Below, one piece after another: positions 36,686 through 46,694 of a stretch of DNA of 58,860 bases. Position 1 is the first letter of the stretch; every line of letters starts with the position of its first letter. The DNA is from a virus (taxonomy: Duplodnaviria > Caudoviricetes). The stretch is from the IMG/VR virus record IMGVR_UViG_3300023181_000032, positions 1 to 58,860 of that record, one strand, 5' to 3'. A program made the position numbers and the translations under genes. The notes under the pieces are model-generated. The model worked only from the letters and a program-made list of their open reading frames with translations. It ran no database searches and had not been told where the DNA came from.

Positions 36686-38868
36686 TGGCGACTATGAGGC
36701 GGGTCGCCTGCGCGTCGGGGGCCTGGCTGCTGCGCAGGGTCGTTCAAATGGCGAACGTTCTCTCGTCTCGAGGAAATTCGGGGGGAGTAAAGCGGCAGAT
36801 ATTTGAGGGCTATCTACTTATCGCAAAGCAGTCTGGCGATATGCTCACAGCCATTGTTCTCGATATTCCTGCTGACCTGTGCCTGATTGGCAGAAAATTA
36901 GTAGACGGCACTGCAAACCACAGCCGCTACTACATCCAGGCACTTTATCAGGGCCGCGACACATACCTTCAAGGCGGGGTGACGGACATCCTGCCGCCTC
37001 AGACCGACCCATTGATCACCGCCGGAACATACCAATCATTGCTGATCGGCGATGCAGCCTCGGCCGCTGACTACACGCCGACCCGCTACTGGGGCTTGGC
37101 GCAACCGTTCATCGACGCCGGAGCCGCCCATCTTTTCTCTCTGCTGAGCGTCGAGGGGTATCGGTGGCCGTTCTCGTTCACCCGAGCTGGCGATAAGTTC
37201 GCCTGGCGAATGGTGGTAGTCGCTCCTAACGCGGTGAAATGGCAGGACGGGGTTCAAGTCCCTGAGCAGCCAACGTCTCCTTTGGCCAGCTGGACACTGG
37301 ATATCGGGGAGGGTGCGCTGAGCGCCGTCGGGGCCAGCGCTATAACCCGACTACAGGACGACCCAGAGACGGGTTACGAACAAAACTGGGACGGAGCTCA
37401 ATACCCATGGATTGCAAGCGGCCGCCCCTCTACGTTCTTTGATGAGGACGGCAATTACGGATTCAAAATCACGATTGCCGCCCAAGTGGTTTATGAAGAG
37501 GGCGGTCCGTACAAGTGGTACGACAGCAACCCGTCGCCCTCTGCGGGCTCGGGATTTTGGGCAGAAAACGCCAACGGCATCGCCGGGGGTGTTCCCTCTG
37601 GATCGCGCGGCCTTTGGATCGCCGACATTCAGGTCATCGGAACGGAAGCAACCATCCTGCAAAATTACAAGGTCGCCGGTGGTGATTTGGAGCGAACGCC
37701 CTTGCTCATTGATCGAACGGCGCTTGGATTCCTCGGCCTCTGGTACGACAACAACATCACCTATCGCGCCCCTGTGAGCACCCTGGAGAATGAAGACGGA
37801 ACCAGAACCTCTGTGATGATTGCGGCCTCATTCATCGACCGAACGCCTGACTACTATGGCGAGCCAGCTGGCGCGAAGCCGTTCGACGCAAAGCTCTTCC
37901 TGGATGTTCACTGGTTTGATCAGGGTGTGGTGCGCACGATGAACCTCTTAGAGACGACAATGGCTCGCGGCGTCTCATCCAGCGGGGCGGCGATGTATGG
38001 CGGGAGCACGGCGGCATGGGATATCGGCGAGGCTAACGAAGGCCGATTCACAATCGGCGGTGATACTGACGGCACGACCGCGGTATTTCCTGTGTTCTCC
38101 TTTTTTGCGCCAGGTCAGATGCCGCTGCTGCGGGTGGTGGTCGTCACCCGGGATTCGGCCACGGTTGCCTACGAAGGCATTCCGGGGTTTGCCATGTGCG
38201 TAGCATGCGGAACGGGGGAGCAGGCCATAGCGAACTATGGTGTCGTCGATTTTCCTCTTGATAGTTCCTTGTACAGCTATGGCGAGTGGATTTCGCTGCC
38301 AGCGGCATACGACCAGGTTTCCTATATAGGGAACGGGAGGTTTGCCTTTTACGTCTCGACTCAGCTCTCTGAGCGCGCCGCTGATGAATACATGTTTTGC
38401 CCCGACGGTAACTTGGCGATCGCCACGTTCAGCCTGACAACCGGATTGGTCCGGGTCGAAGGCGTTATCGACCCAACCATGAGGAACACCGGATTCAACA
38501 GCGAAGGTCCCACAAGCGAGATCGACGCGTTCAATTATGTCGATCTGGCGCTGGGCCTCGTGCCTGATTTTTCCTCGCCGCCAAAACTCGGGCGGATCGA
38601 AGTGTTGCGCCCCGAAAGTGATGGCTACGATCCACTGGACCCTGAAAACGGCGGCCATCCAGCCACCCTTATCGCCTCTCGAGGACTTGGCCGTCCCGGT
38701 CTGAGTGGCGAACAGTGGGACGGGGAAGACATCACCCAAGGCGTCACTTGGATCAGCTACGACTCAGGAGCCAACTGGATGCAAATGCTTCAGTACGGGT
38801 CCCCGGCGGGCACCATCCATTGCGGCAACATTGCGCAGGCCAGATCTGAGCCTGTGGTGAGGGTTTAA
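36685..38868 (+). CDS. Large virion/tail protein
   Basis: 727-aa coupled late ORF. Confidence 0.65.
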   Translation: MATMRRVACASGAWLLRRVVQMANVLSSRGNSGGVKRQIFEGYLLIAKQSGDMLTAIVLDIPADLCLIGRKLVDGTANHSRYYIQALYQGRDTYLQGGVTDILPPQTDPLITAGTYQSLLIGDAASAADYTPTRYWGLAQPFIDAGAAHLFSLLSVEGYRWPFSFTRAGDKFAWRMVVVAPNAVKWQDGVQVPEQPTSPLASWTLDIGEGALSAVGASAITRLQDDPETGYEQNWDGAQYPWIASGRPSTFFDEDGNYGFKITIAAQVVYEEGGPYKWYDSNPSPSAGSGFWAENANGIAGGVPSGSRGLWIADIQVIGTEATILQNYKVAGGDLERTPLLIDRTALGFLGLWYDNNITYRAPVSTLENEDGTRTSVMIAASFIDRTPDYYGEPAGAKPFDAKLFLDVHWFDQGVVRTMNLLETTMARGVSSSGAAMYGGSTAAWDIGEANEGRFTIGGDTDGTTAVFPVFSFFAPGQMPLLRVVVVTRDSATVAYEGIPGFAMCVACGTGEQAIANYGVVDFPLDSSLYSYGEWISLPAAYDQVSYIGNGRFAFYVSTQLSERAADEYMFCPDGNLAIATFSLTTGLVRVEGVIDPTMRNTGFNSEGPTSEIDAFNYVDLALGLVPDFSSPPKLGRIEVLRPESDGYDPLDPENGGHPATLIASRGLGRPGLSGEQWDGEDITQGVTWISYDSGANWMQMLQYGSPAGTIHCGNIAQARSEPVVRV

Positions 38869-39878
38869 TGATGACGAAGATCTATTTCAGGGACGGCGGT
38901 GTTTACGATCCCGGCACCGGCCAATCGGTAACATCGGTTTACGCCATAGATACCGATCAAGTTTCGCCGACGGGGAAAATTGCCCTGCCGCCATCAGGCG
39001 CGTTCGGCCCGCAGGCTGTTTCCTATGACGGCGCGGTGTATGTCCAGACGCGCGACCTCGGCGAAAACTCGGCCGCTTCATTCCTGAATTTTCAACTTAA
39101 CAGTCAGCACTCAGTCCCTTACAACCTGAACGGCGGGCAGAGCAAGGGCGCTGGCTTCGCGCAAGATGGTCGTCTTGTCATTGGCTCGGGAGCTGGAATT
39201 GCCATAATTGCGCCGCCATACACGGCAGCCGTTGAGCGCGATCTGCCGGTAACAATTAACGGCTTCGCGATATTCCCTGGTGGCGACAGGGTGTTGCTGA
39301 TACAGGAGTCAGGCATGGCGTACATCGCCGACCTGGCAACGCTCGCCACAGGCGACGCAATCGACCTGTTGCAGGATGAAGCAAGCGAGATAGCGTCGAC
39401 CACTGTCCAGATATCTCCTGACGGCTCGAAGTTCCTGATTGTGTCGAAATACGGCATCAGCTACGCGGCGGGGGTGTTCAACGCAGTCACGGGTGACTTC
39501 ATCGGCAGGACCGGATTCATGCCCAGAAGAACCGAGGCGTTCTTCCTTGCTGACAGCAATCGCATCGCTTATGCCGACGAGTCAGAATATGCGATTAATG
39601 TCTTCGACCTGGAAACCTCGGCCGAAACGCCTATATCGACCATGGCGTTGCCTGATGATCCAGTGATTCAGGGCGTAACAGCTGACGGCTACGCGATCGT
39701 GAATTTGCGTCGTCTCTCGCTGGCAGATGGCTCAGTCCCGACGACGCCAGGAGAAAGCGAAGAGACGGGAGAGGTGATCGTGCAGCCGATTTCCATCCAG
39801 TCGGGCGGCCAGGTACTGAAATATTTCTGGACTGATTTCGTAAAATCCTACGAGAACCCGGTCGTTGTCTCCGGTTGA
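38868..39878 (+). CDS. Probable beta-propeller virion protein
   Basis: Blade-like motifs AIFPGGDRVL and ISPDGSKFL. Confidence 0.6.
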   Translation: MMTKIYFRDGGVYDPGTGQSVTSVYAIDTDQVSPTGKIALPPSGAFGPQAVSYDGAVYVQTRDLGENSAASFLNFQLNSQHSVPYNLNGGQSKGAGFAQDGRLVIGSGAGIAIIAPPYTAAVERDLPVTINGFAIFPGGDRVLLIQESGMAYIADLATLATGDAIDLLQDEASEIASTTVQISPDGSKFLIVSKYGISYAAGVFNAVTGDFIGRTGFMPRRTEAFFLADSNRIAYADESEYAINVFDLETSAETPISTMALPDDPVIQGVTADGYAIVNLRRLSLADGSVPTTPGESEETGEVIVQPISIQSGGQVLKYFWTDFVKSYENPVVVSG

Positions 39879-39902
39879 CCGCGGACTTTAGTCACATAGT
39901 GT
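39875..39902 (+). promoter_or_regulatory. CAGTCACA-type promoter (ejection genes)
   Basis: TTGACC-gcggacttTAGTCACA-TAGTGT. Confidence 0.75.
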
Positions 39903-39935
39903 CGGGTCATTAGTGAACATGCGGGAGCACCCACA

Positions 39936-41873
39936 ATGGCATACGGCGATCTGATCGGCGACCTGAGTCAGGCATACATGACAAACGCCCAGCGCGCGGC
40001 AAAAAATGGCGTTCAGTCTTTGACAGGCGGGCCCATTGCGCGCGCATCGGCGGCGGTGCCAGTGGCGGGCGGTCTGGCTGGCGCCGCGATGCTGCCGCAA
40101 CAACAGCAAGCGGCTCAGCCGGCAGGGCTGGCTACAGCACTTACCAATCCGACGCAGTTTTCAAGGCCGCCACAGCCATCAGGGCCAGCCTCGCTTGAGT
40201 CGGCTAGACCGGTGGGGGTGATTCCCACTGCGAATTCGCCTACCTACCCGACAACCGCTCAGGTTGAAGGGCCGAAGACGCTGGCTGACCTATCCCAAAC
40301 CATCAGTGCGCCGCAGACAGTTGGAGCTCCGGGAATTCAGCCGCCGGCCGATTTGGCATCTGCGGGCAACGGAATCTCGCTGAGTACTCTGCCCCCACCG
40401 GTGGCGAACGCAACCCCAATCAACGACACGCGCAGCCTCGACTCGGCATACCGCCAAACTGGTATCGGTTCTGGCACAAATCAAATAGCAGGGAGAGTGG
40501 GGGCGGACGGCGTACCGGAATTCACGAACGCGCCGGCAGATTTACGGTCGGCTGGTGGATTGCCTCCGATCAACACTATGGCAACGCCTGCTGCGCAGAG
40601 CCTGTCTGATGCCTACCGCAGCGATGCGCCATCGTCTGGTCCGCAGTTCGCCGCACTGGGCAGCGCCGCAAACCTCGGCGACGGCGTCGGCAGCTTCAGT
40701 CAATCGCAGGCCGGCGATTCTCAGCTGGCGCTGACCCGATTCCAGCGTGCAATCGACCTTCGTGATGCCTACAAGGCTCAAGACCGGCTGGGTCAGGCAC
40801 AAGGAGCCCAGTACATCGCTAACAACACGAACATCGTGCACGACAGCAGCAAGCCGTATACCCGCGATGACAAAGAGCGCGACCTAGCCACAGCTTTCGG
40901 AAGGCAGCGCGCAGACGCTAACGTGGCAGGGCGGCAGCAGTCGCTTGAAGACCTGCGTACCGGACAGGTGGCAGCGGCGCAAACGCGGCAAACGCAGCGT
41001 CTGGAGGATGTCATGACGGCGGCGCAGTCGCCTACAGCAACGCCCGATCAGCTTGCCGCCGCAAGGCGCATCACTGATCCAGACGGTACGAAAGGCGCCA
41101 CTCTTCAGTTAACGCAGGCGAAAACGGCAGAAGCCAATGCGGCGGCGCAGAAGTCCACTGCGGAGGCGACCGGCACTGCGCCGGAGGTTGCGCAGAAAGT
41201 AGAAGCGGCAAAGAACAAGGCAGAGATTGACCGCCTTGAAATTGAGCGCCGTAAAAGTGAGCTGAAAGGCACGGCGCCAGGGGCGGACCTGAAAAAGGCC
41301 GAAGCAGAGAACAAGGCCGAACTGGACAGGCTGGAAATTGAGCGCAGGAAGACAGTGGCTGCGCAAACTGCCAAAGACATCGCCGACAAGAAGTCGGGTG
41401 CGATTGATATTGCGAAAGAGGCGAGGGATCTGGCTATCGGAATTGCGAAGGACGACAGATTTGGCGACATCACTGGACCTATCAACTCCCGGCTTCCGAC
41501 CACCAATCAGGGATCGCAAGATCTTATCAATAGAGCGAACCGGCTTCAGTCTCTTCTTACCTTGGAAAATCTTCCAAAGATGTCTGGAGTTTTAACTGAT
41601 AAGGATATTGAGTTCTTAGCGCGCATCGGGTCTGGGCTTAACGTCACCGAGGGCGGGATTATGGGTGGCGAGGAAGGCACCAAGAAACGCATCAATGACA
41701 TCGCTACGAATCTGAGTAAGAAAATCACCGATTACGAGAAAGCGAATCCTGCGAAGCCAGTCGCCGCCGCGCCCGCAGCCCAGCCGGGCGCGCCAGCAGT
41801 AGGCGCGATTGAGGACGGCCATGTATTCCTCGGTGGCGATCCTTCAAGCCCGTCCTCATGGAGGGCTCAGTAA
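39936..41873 (+). CDS. Probable DNA ejection (internal virion) protein
   Basis: Ala/Gln/Pro-rich with coiled coil; C-terminal G..EDG..F.GGDP...W. Confidence 0.65.
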   Translation: MAYGDLIGDLSQAYMTNAQRAAKNGVQSLTGGPIARASAAVPVAGGLAGAAMLPQQQQAAQPAGLATALTNPTQFSRPPQPSGPASLESARPVGVIPTANSPTYPTTAQVEGPKTLADLSQTISAPQTVGAPGIQPPADLASAGNGISLSTLPPPVANATPINDTRSLDSAYRQTGIGSGTNQIAGRVGADGVPEFTNAPADLRSAGGLPPINTMATPAAQSLSDAYRSDAPSSGPQFAALGSAANLGDGVGSFSQSQAGDSQLALTRFQRAIDLRDAYKAQDRLGQAQGAQYIANNTNIVHDSSKPYTRDDKERDLATAFGRQRADANVAGRQQSLEDLRTGQVAAAQTRQTQRLEDVMTAAQSPTATPDQLAAARRITDPDGTKGATLQLTQAKTAEANAAAQKSTAEATGTAPEVAQKVEAAKNKAEIDRLEIERRKSELKGTAPGADLKKAEAENKAELDRLEIERRKTVAAQTAKDIADKKSGAIDIAKEARDLAIGIAKDDRFGDITGPINSRLPTTNQGSQDLINRANRLQSLLTLENLPKMSGVLTDKDIEFLARIGSGLNVTEGGIMGGEEGTKKRINDIATNLSKKITDYEKANPAKPVAAAPAAQPGAPAVGAIEDGHVFLGGDPSSPSSWRAQ

Positions 41874-44230
41874 TGGCCGGGCCATGGGAGAAATATCAAG
41901 CAGCCCCAGCTTCGTCTGCCACGGTCGATCAGCCGGCATCAAGCGGCCCATGGAGCAAATATCAGCCATCCGCCACAACTCCCGACCCTCAGGTGTCGAC
42001 GGCCCCGGCTCAACCAGCGACGCCGCCGGAGGTAGGCACAGGCGAGGCCTTTGCGCGCGGTGCGGGTGACGGCATCACCTTCGGACTGCAAGATGAAATC
42101 ATTGCCGGCTTAGATGCTGCCGTTCAACCGCTGATTCCAACAGGCAACGGGGCCGCCGGAGAAACCTTCGGCCAGCGCTACGATGCCAACGTTGCGAACC
42201 AGCGTGCGTTGTTGAAAGCGGGGCAAGATCAGCACCCCATTGCTTCGATTGCCGGCGGCCTCATCGGAGGCATTGTTCCAGCTATCTCCACTGGTGGCAC
42301 GGCTCCCGCTGCAACTCTCGCCGGTAATATCGGCAAAGGCGCATTGGTCGGAGCCGGGTATGGCGGTGCGTATGGATTTGGTTCGGCTGAGGGTGATATC
42401 GCTGACCGTTTGCCGGAAGCCGTTAGCGGTGCTGCACTGGGTGGAGCGCTCGGCGGGGCATTCCCGGCAGTTGCTGCTGGAACTGGTAAATTACTGCGCT
42501 CGTCTGCCGATCGGGCTGAGGCAGTCGCGGCGCAGCAACAGGTTAGCGCCCAGGCCGCGCGCGAGTCGCAGGATGTGGTCAATGCGGCGACGGGTGCGAC
42601 TGACGTCCCGTCGAATAAGTCAGGAATAGTTCAAAGCGTTGCCGACGCCGCACAAGCAAGCCCGAGAACGCAGGCAGAAAAGTTTGCAAACTTGGCAGAG
42701 CAGGCCGCACCAGATCCAAAGATTCTGGACGCCGCCGCTCACCTGGACATGATGGGCGATGTATTGCCAGGCCAAGTATCCAACAGTCAGCCGTTTAGAG
42801 AGCTGAACGGGGCAATCGCCTCAATTATTGGAAGCGCCGCCAACGAAAAGCAGGCGATGTCCTATCAGAAGCTGGCGCAAAAGGCTGACGACCTTGTCAC
42901 TCAATCTGGCGGATCGCTGGACAAAAGTGCTTTTTCAGACAAGTTTCGGGTCGAAAGCCAAAACACCATCAACGGGCTTAATAGTCAGGCTGAAGACCTT
43001 TACAAGCATGTTCATGATGCAATCCCAAATCAGACTCAAGCGCCGGCAGATGCGACGATCTCGTATATCCAGAGCCGCGCCGCTGACTTTGGCGGCGCGC
43101 CGCTCCTTTCTGCTGATGAAAGTAAAGCGCTTCGCATCCTATCGCCCAAAGTTGAAACCATTCCTAATCCTCTGGTTCCAGGCACAGTTCAGACCGTAAC
43201 CACCCATCCAACATATAGCGCCTTAGATGCAGTTCGAAAAGACGTCGGCGATGGCTATAAAGGTCGAGGGCCGTTCGCCTCATCGAGCTCTCGCACCCTT
43301 GATGCTCTCTACGCCAATTTGAGCAAGGACCAGCAGGCGGTGGCTGAGGCTGCTGGTGTTGGCGATGCTTTCACGGCCGCTAAGTCGGTCGTTGCGCAGC
43401 GCAAGGGGCTTGAGGACAACTTAATTCAGGCCATTGGCAAGGACATGACCGGCGCGATCACATCAAGCTTCGGGGGCGCAGTTAAAAACCTTGAGTCCGG
43501 GAACTTCAAAAATTACGACAAGCTCATAAAATTGATACCTCCGCATTTGCGCGAGGAGGCAGTTCTCACATCCTTGAATGATGCATTTACCGCCAGAAGC
43601 GGCACGCAAAAGCAACTCAATGTCCCAGGTTTCGTTGACTGGTTCACCGGCATCAGTCGGAATGAGGCGGCGAAACAAAGACTGACTCAGTACTTGCGGC
43701 CGGAGACAGTTAAGACGCTGGATGCAATTGCTACGCTAGGAGGCGGTATGCGGCGACTTTCTGCGGAGCGCATCTCAACAGGCAAGCTCGGCACGCTACC
43801 AATGCTTCAGGAGCTGACAGAGCAGGGCGGCCTGGTAAGCAAGGTCTGGGATATAGGCAAGCAGGTCTCGGTGGCGGAGGGTGCCACCAGCGCACTCGGG
43901 TTTCCTGGGGCCGGTACGGCCAGCGTTATGACCAAGATATTGGTAAAGGACAAAACGCCCATCACAAAAGCTGCAGAGGACTTATTTCTCAACCCGAAAT
44001 TTCACGATGCCATTCTGGCGGCGGCCGAAACCGGCGGATCCCAACCGGGAAGACTCAAGGCGCGGGAGGCCCAGCTAATGCGGACATCGGCTTACAAGCG
44101 TTGGTTTGCCGCAATCGGAGAGAACAGCAAAGCTCAAGTCCGTGCAGCCGGTCCGCTTGCATATTTCACAACTGACGCCAAGCCTACCGAAGCAGCTATT
44201 GAGTTGCCTCCGACAGTGGTCAACCCATAG
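41873..44230 (+). CDS. Probable DNA ejection/transfer protein
   Basis: MAGPWEKYQ N-terminus and glycine-zipper segments; precedes the immI-like region as in P22-like phages. Confidence 0.7.
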   Translation: MAGPWEKYQAAPASSATVDQPASSGPWSKYQPSATTPDPQVSTAPAQPATPPEVGTGEAFARGAGDGITFGLQDEIIAGLDAAVQPLIPTGNGAAGETFGQRYDANVANQRALLKAGQDQHPIASIAGGLIGGIVPAISTGGTAPAATLAGNIGKGALVGAGYGGAYGFGSAEGDIADRLPEAVSGAALGGALGGAFPAVAAGTGKLLRSSADRAEAVAAQQQVSAQAARESQDVVNAATGATDVPSNKSGIVQSVADAAQASPRTQAEKFANLAEQAAPDPKILDAAAHLDMMGDVLPGQVSNSQPFRELNGAIASIIGSAANEKQAMSYQKLAQKADDLVTQSGGSLDKSAFSDKFRVESQNTINGLNSQAEDLYKHVHDAIPNQTQAPADATISYIQSRAADFGGAPLLSADESKALRILSPKVETIPNPLVPGTVQTVTTHPTYSALDAVRKDVGDGYKGRGPFASSSSRTLDALYANLSKDQQAVAEAAGVGDAFTAAKSVVAQRKGLEDNLIQAIGKDMTGAITSSFGGAVKNLESGNFKNYDKLIKLIPPHLREEAVLTSLNDAFTARSGTQKQLNVPGFVDWFTGISRNEAAKQRLTQYLRPETVKTLDAIATLGGGMRRLSAERISTGKLGTLPMLQELTEQGGLVSKVWDIGKQVSVAEGATSALGFPGAGTASVMTKILVKDKTPITKAAEDLFLNPKFHDAILAAAETGGSQPGRLKAREAQLMRTSAYKRWFAAIGENSKAQVRAAGPLAYFTTDAKPTEAAIELPPTVVNP

Positions 44231-44245
44231 ACTGGCGGCTTCCTC

Positions 44246-44488
44246 ATGCGGAATAAAGCATTCATGCGGGACGTTAATTCTAAAAGACTGATCAAAGCTG
44301 GCTTGCGCCGGCTTTGGTTTGTGCTCTCGGTAATATGGCTTGCTGCCGTGACGTGGATTGTGCTGGATGACTCTGGCAAGCATTTCTACGACTGGCTAAA
44401 GGCAGGCGTTCTGCCGGTCATTGTTCTTTATGGGGTTTTCGCAGGCGCCACCTGGATCATCGAAGGCTTTGCCAGGGTAGATCGATAG
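44246..44488 (+). CDS. Small two-TM membrane protein
   Basis: GLRRLWFVLSVIWL and VLPVIVLYGVFAGATWIIEGF. Confidence 0.65.
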   Translation: MRNKAFMRDVNSKRLIKAGLRRLWFVLSVIWLAAVTWIVLDDSGKHFYDWLKAGVLPVIVLYGVFAGATWIIEGFARVDR

Positions 44489-44491
44489 GCC

Positions 44492-44519
44492 TTGCTGCGA
44501 TGCATCAGTCACTTATCCT
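44492..44519 (+). promoter_or_regulatory. CAGTCAC-type promoter variant
   Basis: TTGCTG-cgatgcatCAGTCACT-TATCCT. Confidence 0.55.
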
Positions 44520-44547
44520 TGGATTCAGATTAAGAGGAGTCGTGACG

Positions 44548-44736
44548 ATGGGATTGCCTAAATATGACGATGAGCTGGTCGAGCTGGTGAGCGAGCGAGT
44601 TCTGCAGAAGCTAGCTGACAAGCACGAAAGAGCTAGAGAGGCGAGAGACGCTTTGGCAGCGTTTATCTCCGAACAGATGCTCGCAATTCAGTCAGCAGGC
44701 TCACCGACTTCTCAACCGCCAGATCCGGCGAAATAG
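44548..44736 (+). CDS. Small hypothetical protein
   Basis: GAGGAG RBS; MGLPKYDDELV... Confidence 0.55.
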   Translation: MGLPKYDDELVELVSERVLQKLADKHERAREARDALAAFISEQMLAIQSAGSPTSQPPDPAK

Positions 44737-44920
44737 ACGCTCCCATGACCGCCTCTAGTCGAAGCTGAGCGTCGGCGAGCCTGAAATCTAACTCATCCTT
44801 GTCATGATGCGTTTTTATCAGCTCATGGAGCACGGTCGACTGAGCGGTGATTTGGGCCTGAATATCCATTATGAGGCGGGTGAACAGTTCGAGCTGCGGG
44901 CATTGGTCTTCGCTTGTCAT
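44663..44920 (-). CDS. Small hypothetical protein
   Basis: MTSEDQ...; downstream of the XRE regulator. Confidence 0.5.
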   Translation of the reverse strand: MTSEDQCPQLELFTRLIMDIQAQITAQSTVLHELIKTHHDKDELDFRLADAQLRLEAVMGASISPDLAVEKSVSLLTELRASVRR

Positions 44921-45015
44921 GGTTTCTTCCCTGATAATTGCAAAGTGCTCAGTTGTCACCATGATGGTGATAACTCGATTCAGTTATGGTCATCAACACC
45001 ACGACTGCCCACGCT

Positions 45016-45456
45016 CTAGGATTTGCTCTTCCCGCCTAGCAATTCAAGCAGCTTTTCATAAGCCCCTGGAATCTCCGCCTCAAGCTGGGCCATGAGGTCA
45101 GGGCTTTTGTCCATGCGGTCCTTCATTCCGGCAGCGATCAACTGATTTACCGCCTCATCAAACGTAATGCCTTTCTCTTCAGCATAGCCTTCGATTTTCT
45201 TGGTCTCATTCCCCGTCAGCATCAGCGTGATTTCGTTGCTTTCGTCATCATCACTCCTATCGCCAGACAAGTCCTCGGGCTTAACTCCCAGCGCATCAGC
45301 CAGCTTGAGCAAAACCGCAAGCCGTGGTTTGGCTTTAGATGCCTCGTAGCGCGATATCTGTGACCAGGTTATTCCGACTACATCCGCCAGCTCTCGCTGC
45401 GTCATGTTCGCCGATGCCCGCGCGCGGGCTAGCCGCTTCCCGAATAGGTCATCCAT
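45016..45456 (-). CDS. XRE-HTH regulator with RHH-like C-terminus (Mnt position of an immI-like region)
   Basis: MTQRELADVVGITWSQISRYE...LADALGV; divergent from arc. Confidence 0.85.
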   Translation of the reverse strand: MDDLFGKRLARARASANMTQRELADVVGITWSQISRYEASKAKPRLAVLLKLADALGVKPEDLSGDRSDDDESNEITLMLTGNETKKIEGYAEEKGITFDEAVNQLIAAGMKDRMDKSPDLMAQLEAEIPGAYEKLLELLGGKSKS

Positions 45457-45518
45457 CGTATCTGTCCAAAGTTGCTTGAGGTCGTAAAAATACACCGTAA
45501 CGCTTGAAGCTGCAAAAT

Positions 45519-45561
45519 AAGCAACAAGTTGCTTTACATAGGCAACAAACTGCAATAAAGT
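45519..45561 (+). promoter_or_regulatory. Pant-like promoter and operator
   Basis: Palindrome AAGCAAC-aa-GTTGCTT (45519-45534) overlapping TTTACA(45533)-N17-TAAAGT(45556). Confidence 0.6.
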
Positions 45562-45589
45562 CATTCCACAAACAACGGAGCGCCCTGTC

Positions 45590-45751
45590 ATGGCAGAAGA
45601 GAAGAAAGTCGTAGGTGTTCGCCTACTGGCACTCATGCAAGAAAACCTAGCTAAAAAAGCGAAGCAAAACGGTCGCAGCCTCAGCGGCGAGATTGTATTT
45701 CGTTTGCGCAAGTCTCTGGAGCAAGAAGATGGGCAGATCAAGCAGGCATGA
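45590..45751 (+). CDS. arc: Arc-family repressor (53 aa; not in ORF track)
   Basis: MAEEKKVVGVRL...AKQNGRSLSGEIVFRLRKSL; GGAG RBS. Confidence 0.85.
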   Translation: MAEEKKVVGVRLLALMQENLAKKAKQNGRSLSGEIVFRLRKSLEQEDGQIKQA

Positions 45752-45820
45752 AAAAGCCCCAAGCGCTGTAACGCAAGGGGCTTCAGGTAACGTAGTCAAC
45801 TATCAGGAAAACGACGTCAT
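45751..45820 (-). ncRNA. Putative Sar-like antisense RNA to ant
   Basis: Minus-strand extended -10 TGcTAGAAT (45834-45826); terminator-like hairpin aagcccc...ggggctt with an A-run at 45751-45755; spans the ant RBS. Confidence 0.45.
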
Positions 45821-46694
45821 GCAAAATTCTAGCACAGCTTTGACACCTGAAAATATACCGGCAATCTCACACGCCGGTCGGCCAGTCGTGACCACTGCTT
45901 TGCTGGCAAGGCTGTACGGTACCGATGACAACAATCTTATTAAGAACTTCCAACGCAACGCTGGTCGATTCGTCGCTGGCAAGCACTTCCACAAGCTGGA
46001 AGGCGCGGCTTTAAAGGCTCTTAAGGACTACATGACTGATAGTCAGGTAGTCCAAATATCGAAAAACACCCGTCAAATGATCCTTTGGACGGAGCGCGGT
46101 GCTGCTCGCCACGCCAAGATGCTGGATACCGAACAAGCCTGGGAAATGTTCGAAAAACTCGAAGATAGCTATTTCGGTAAATCGCCCGTTCTTGCTATTG
46201 AGCATAAGCCTGAAGCTCTAACACCAGCCCATCAGCGCCACATTCTTAACCGCGTTGCTGAACTGGCGGGAATGGACCGTAAAAAATATCCGGTCGTCTG
46301 GCGCGGTATCAAAGATCATTTCAAGGTCGGCAGTTACAAAGACATCCCTGATAGCCAGTATCCTGCGGTCTGCGAGTTCATGCTTTGCAAGCCAATAGAC
46401 GTTGCTGTGCCGACAGCTCGCATCATCGAGCAGGCGCACGGAATTTATCTTGATCAGCATGAAACGCATTGTCTCTACCTGCTGATGTCGCGATTTTGGA
46501 CGATGCATCAGCACAAACTGAACATGCTGAACGCTGCCAGAGCGCTAGGCTCTGACTCCCTGATGAGCATGTTTGATCAGCTGCATGACGGGCATATTTC
46601 GTTTGCTGCTCTTGATAAACGGCGCGAAGAACTTTATGCCGCCTACACTTCTACCGGCTGCCAGGGCGGGTATGCATCGAGGAAATCCGCATGA
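45819..46694 (+). CDS. ant: Antirepressor (ORF6N + ORF6C domains)
   Basis: VVTTALLARLYGT...NFQRN..RF..GKHF...LWTERGAARHAKML; IKDHFKVGSYKDI. Confidence 0.88.
   Translation: MQNSSTALTPENIPAISHAGRPVVTTALLARLYGTDDNNLIKNFQRNAGRFVAGKHFHKLEGAALKALKDYMTDSQVVQISKNTRQMILWTERGAARHAKMLDTEQAWEMFEKLEDSYFGKSPVLAIEHKPEALTPAHQRHILNRVAELAGMDRKKYPVVWRGIKDHFKVGSYKDIPDSQYPAVCEFMLCKPIDVAVPTARIIEQAHGIYLDQHETHCLYLLMSRFWTMHQHKLNMLNAARALGSDSLMSMFDQLHDGHISFAALDKRREELYAAYTSTGCQGGYASRKSA

Noticed and set aside
41150-41350. Repeat in the ejection gene (GTAP...A.NKAE.DRLEIERRK x2) as a separate element
   Set aside because: An in-frame protein-level duplication within a coiled coil; ordinary.
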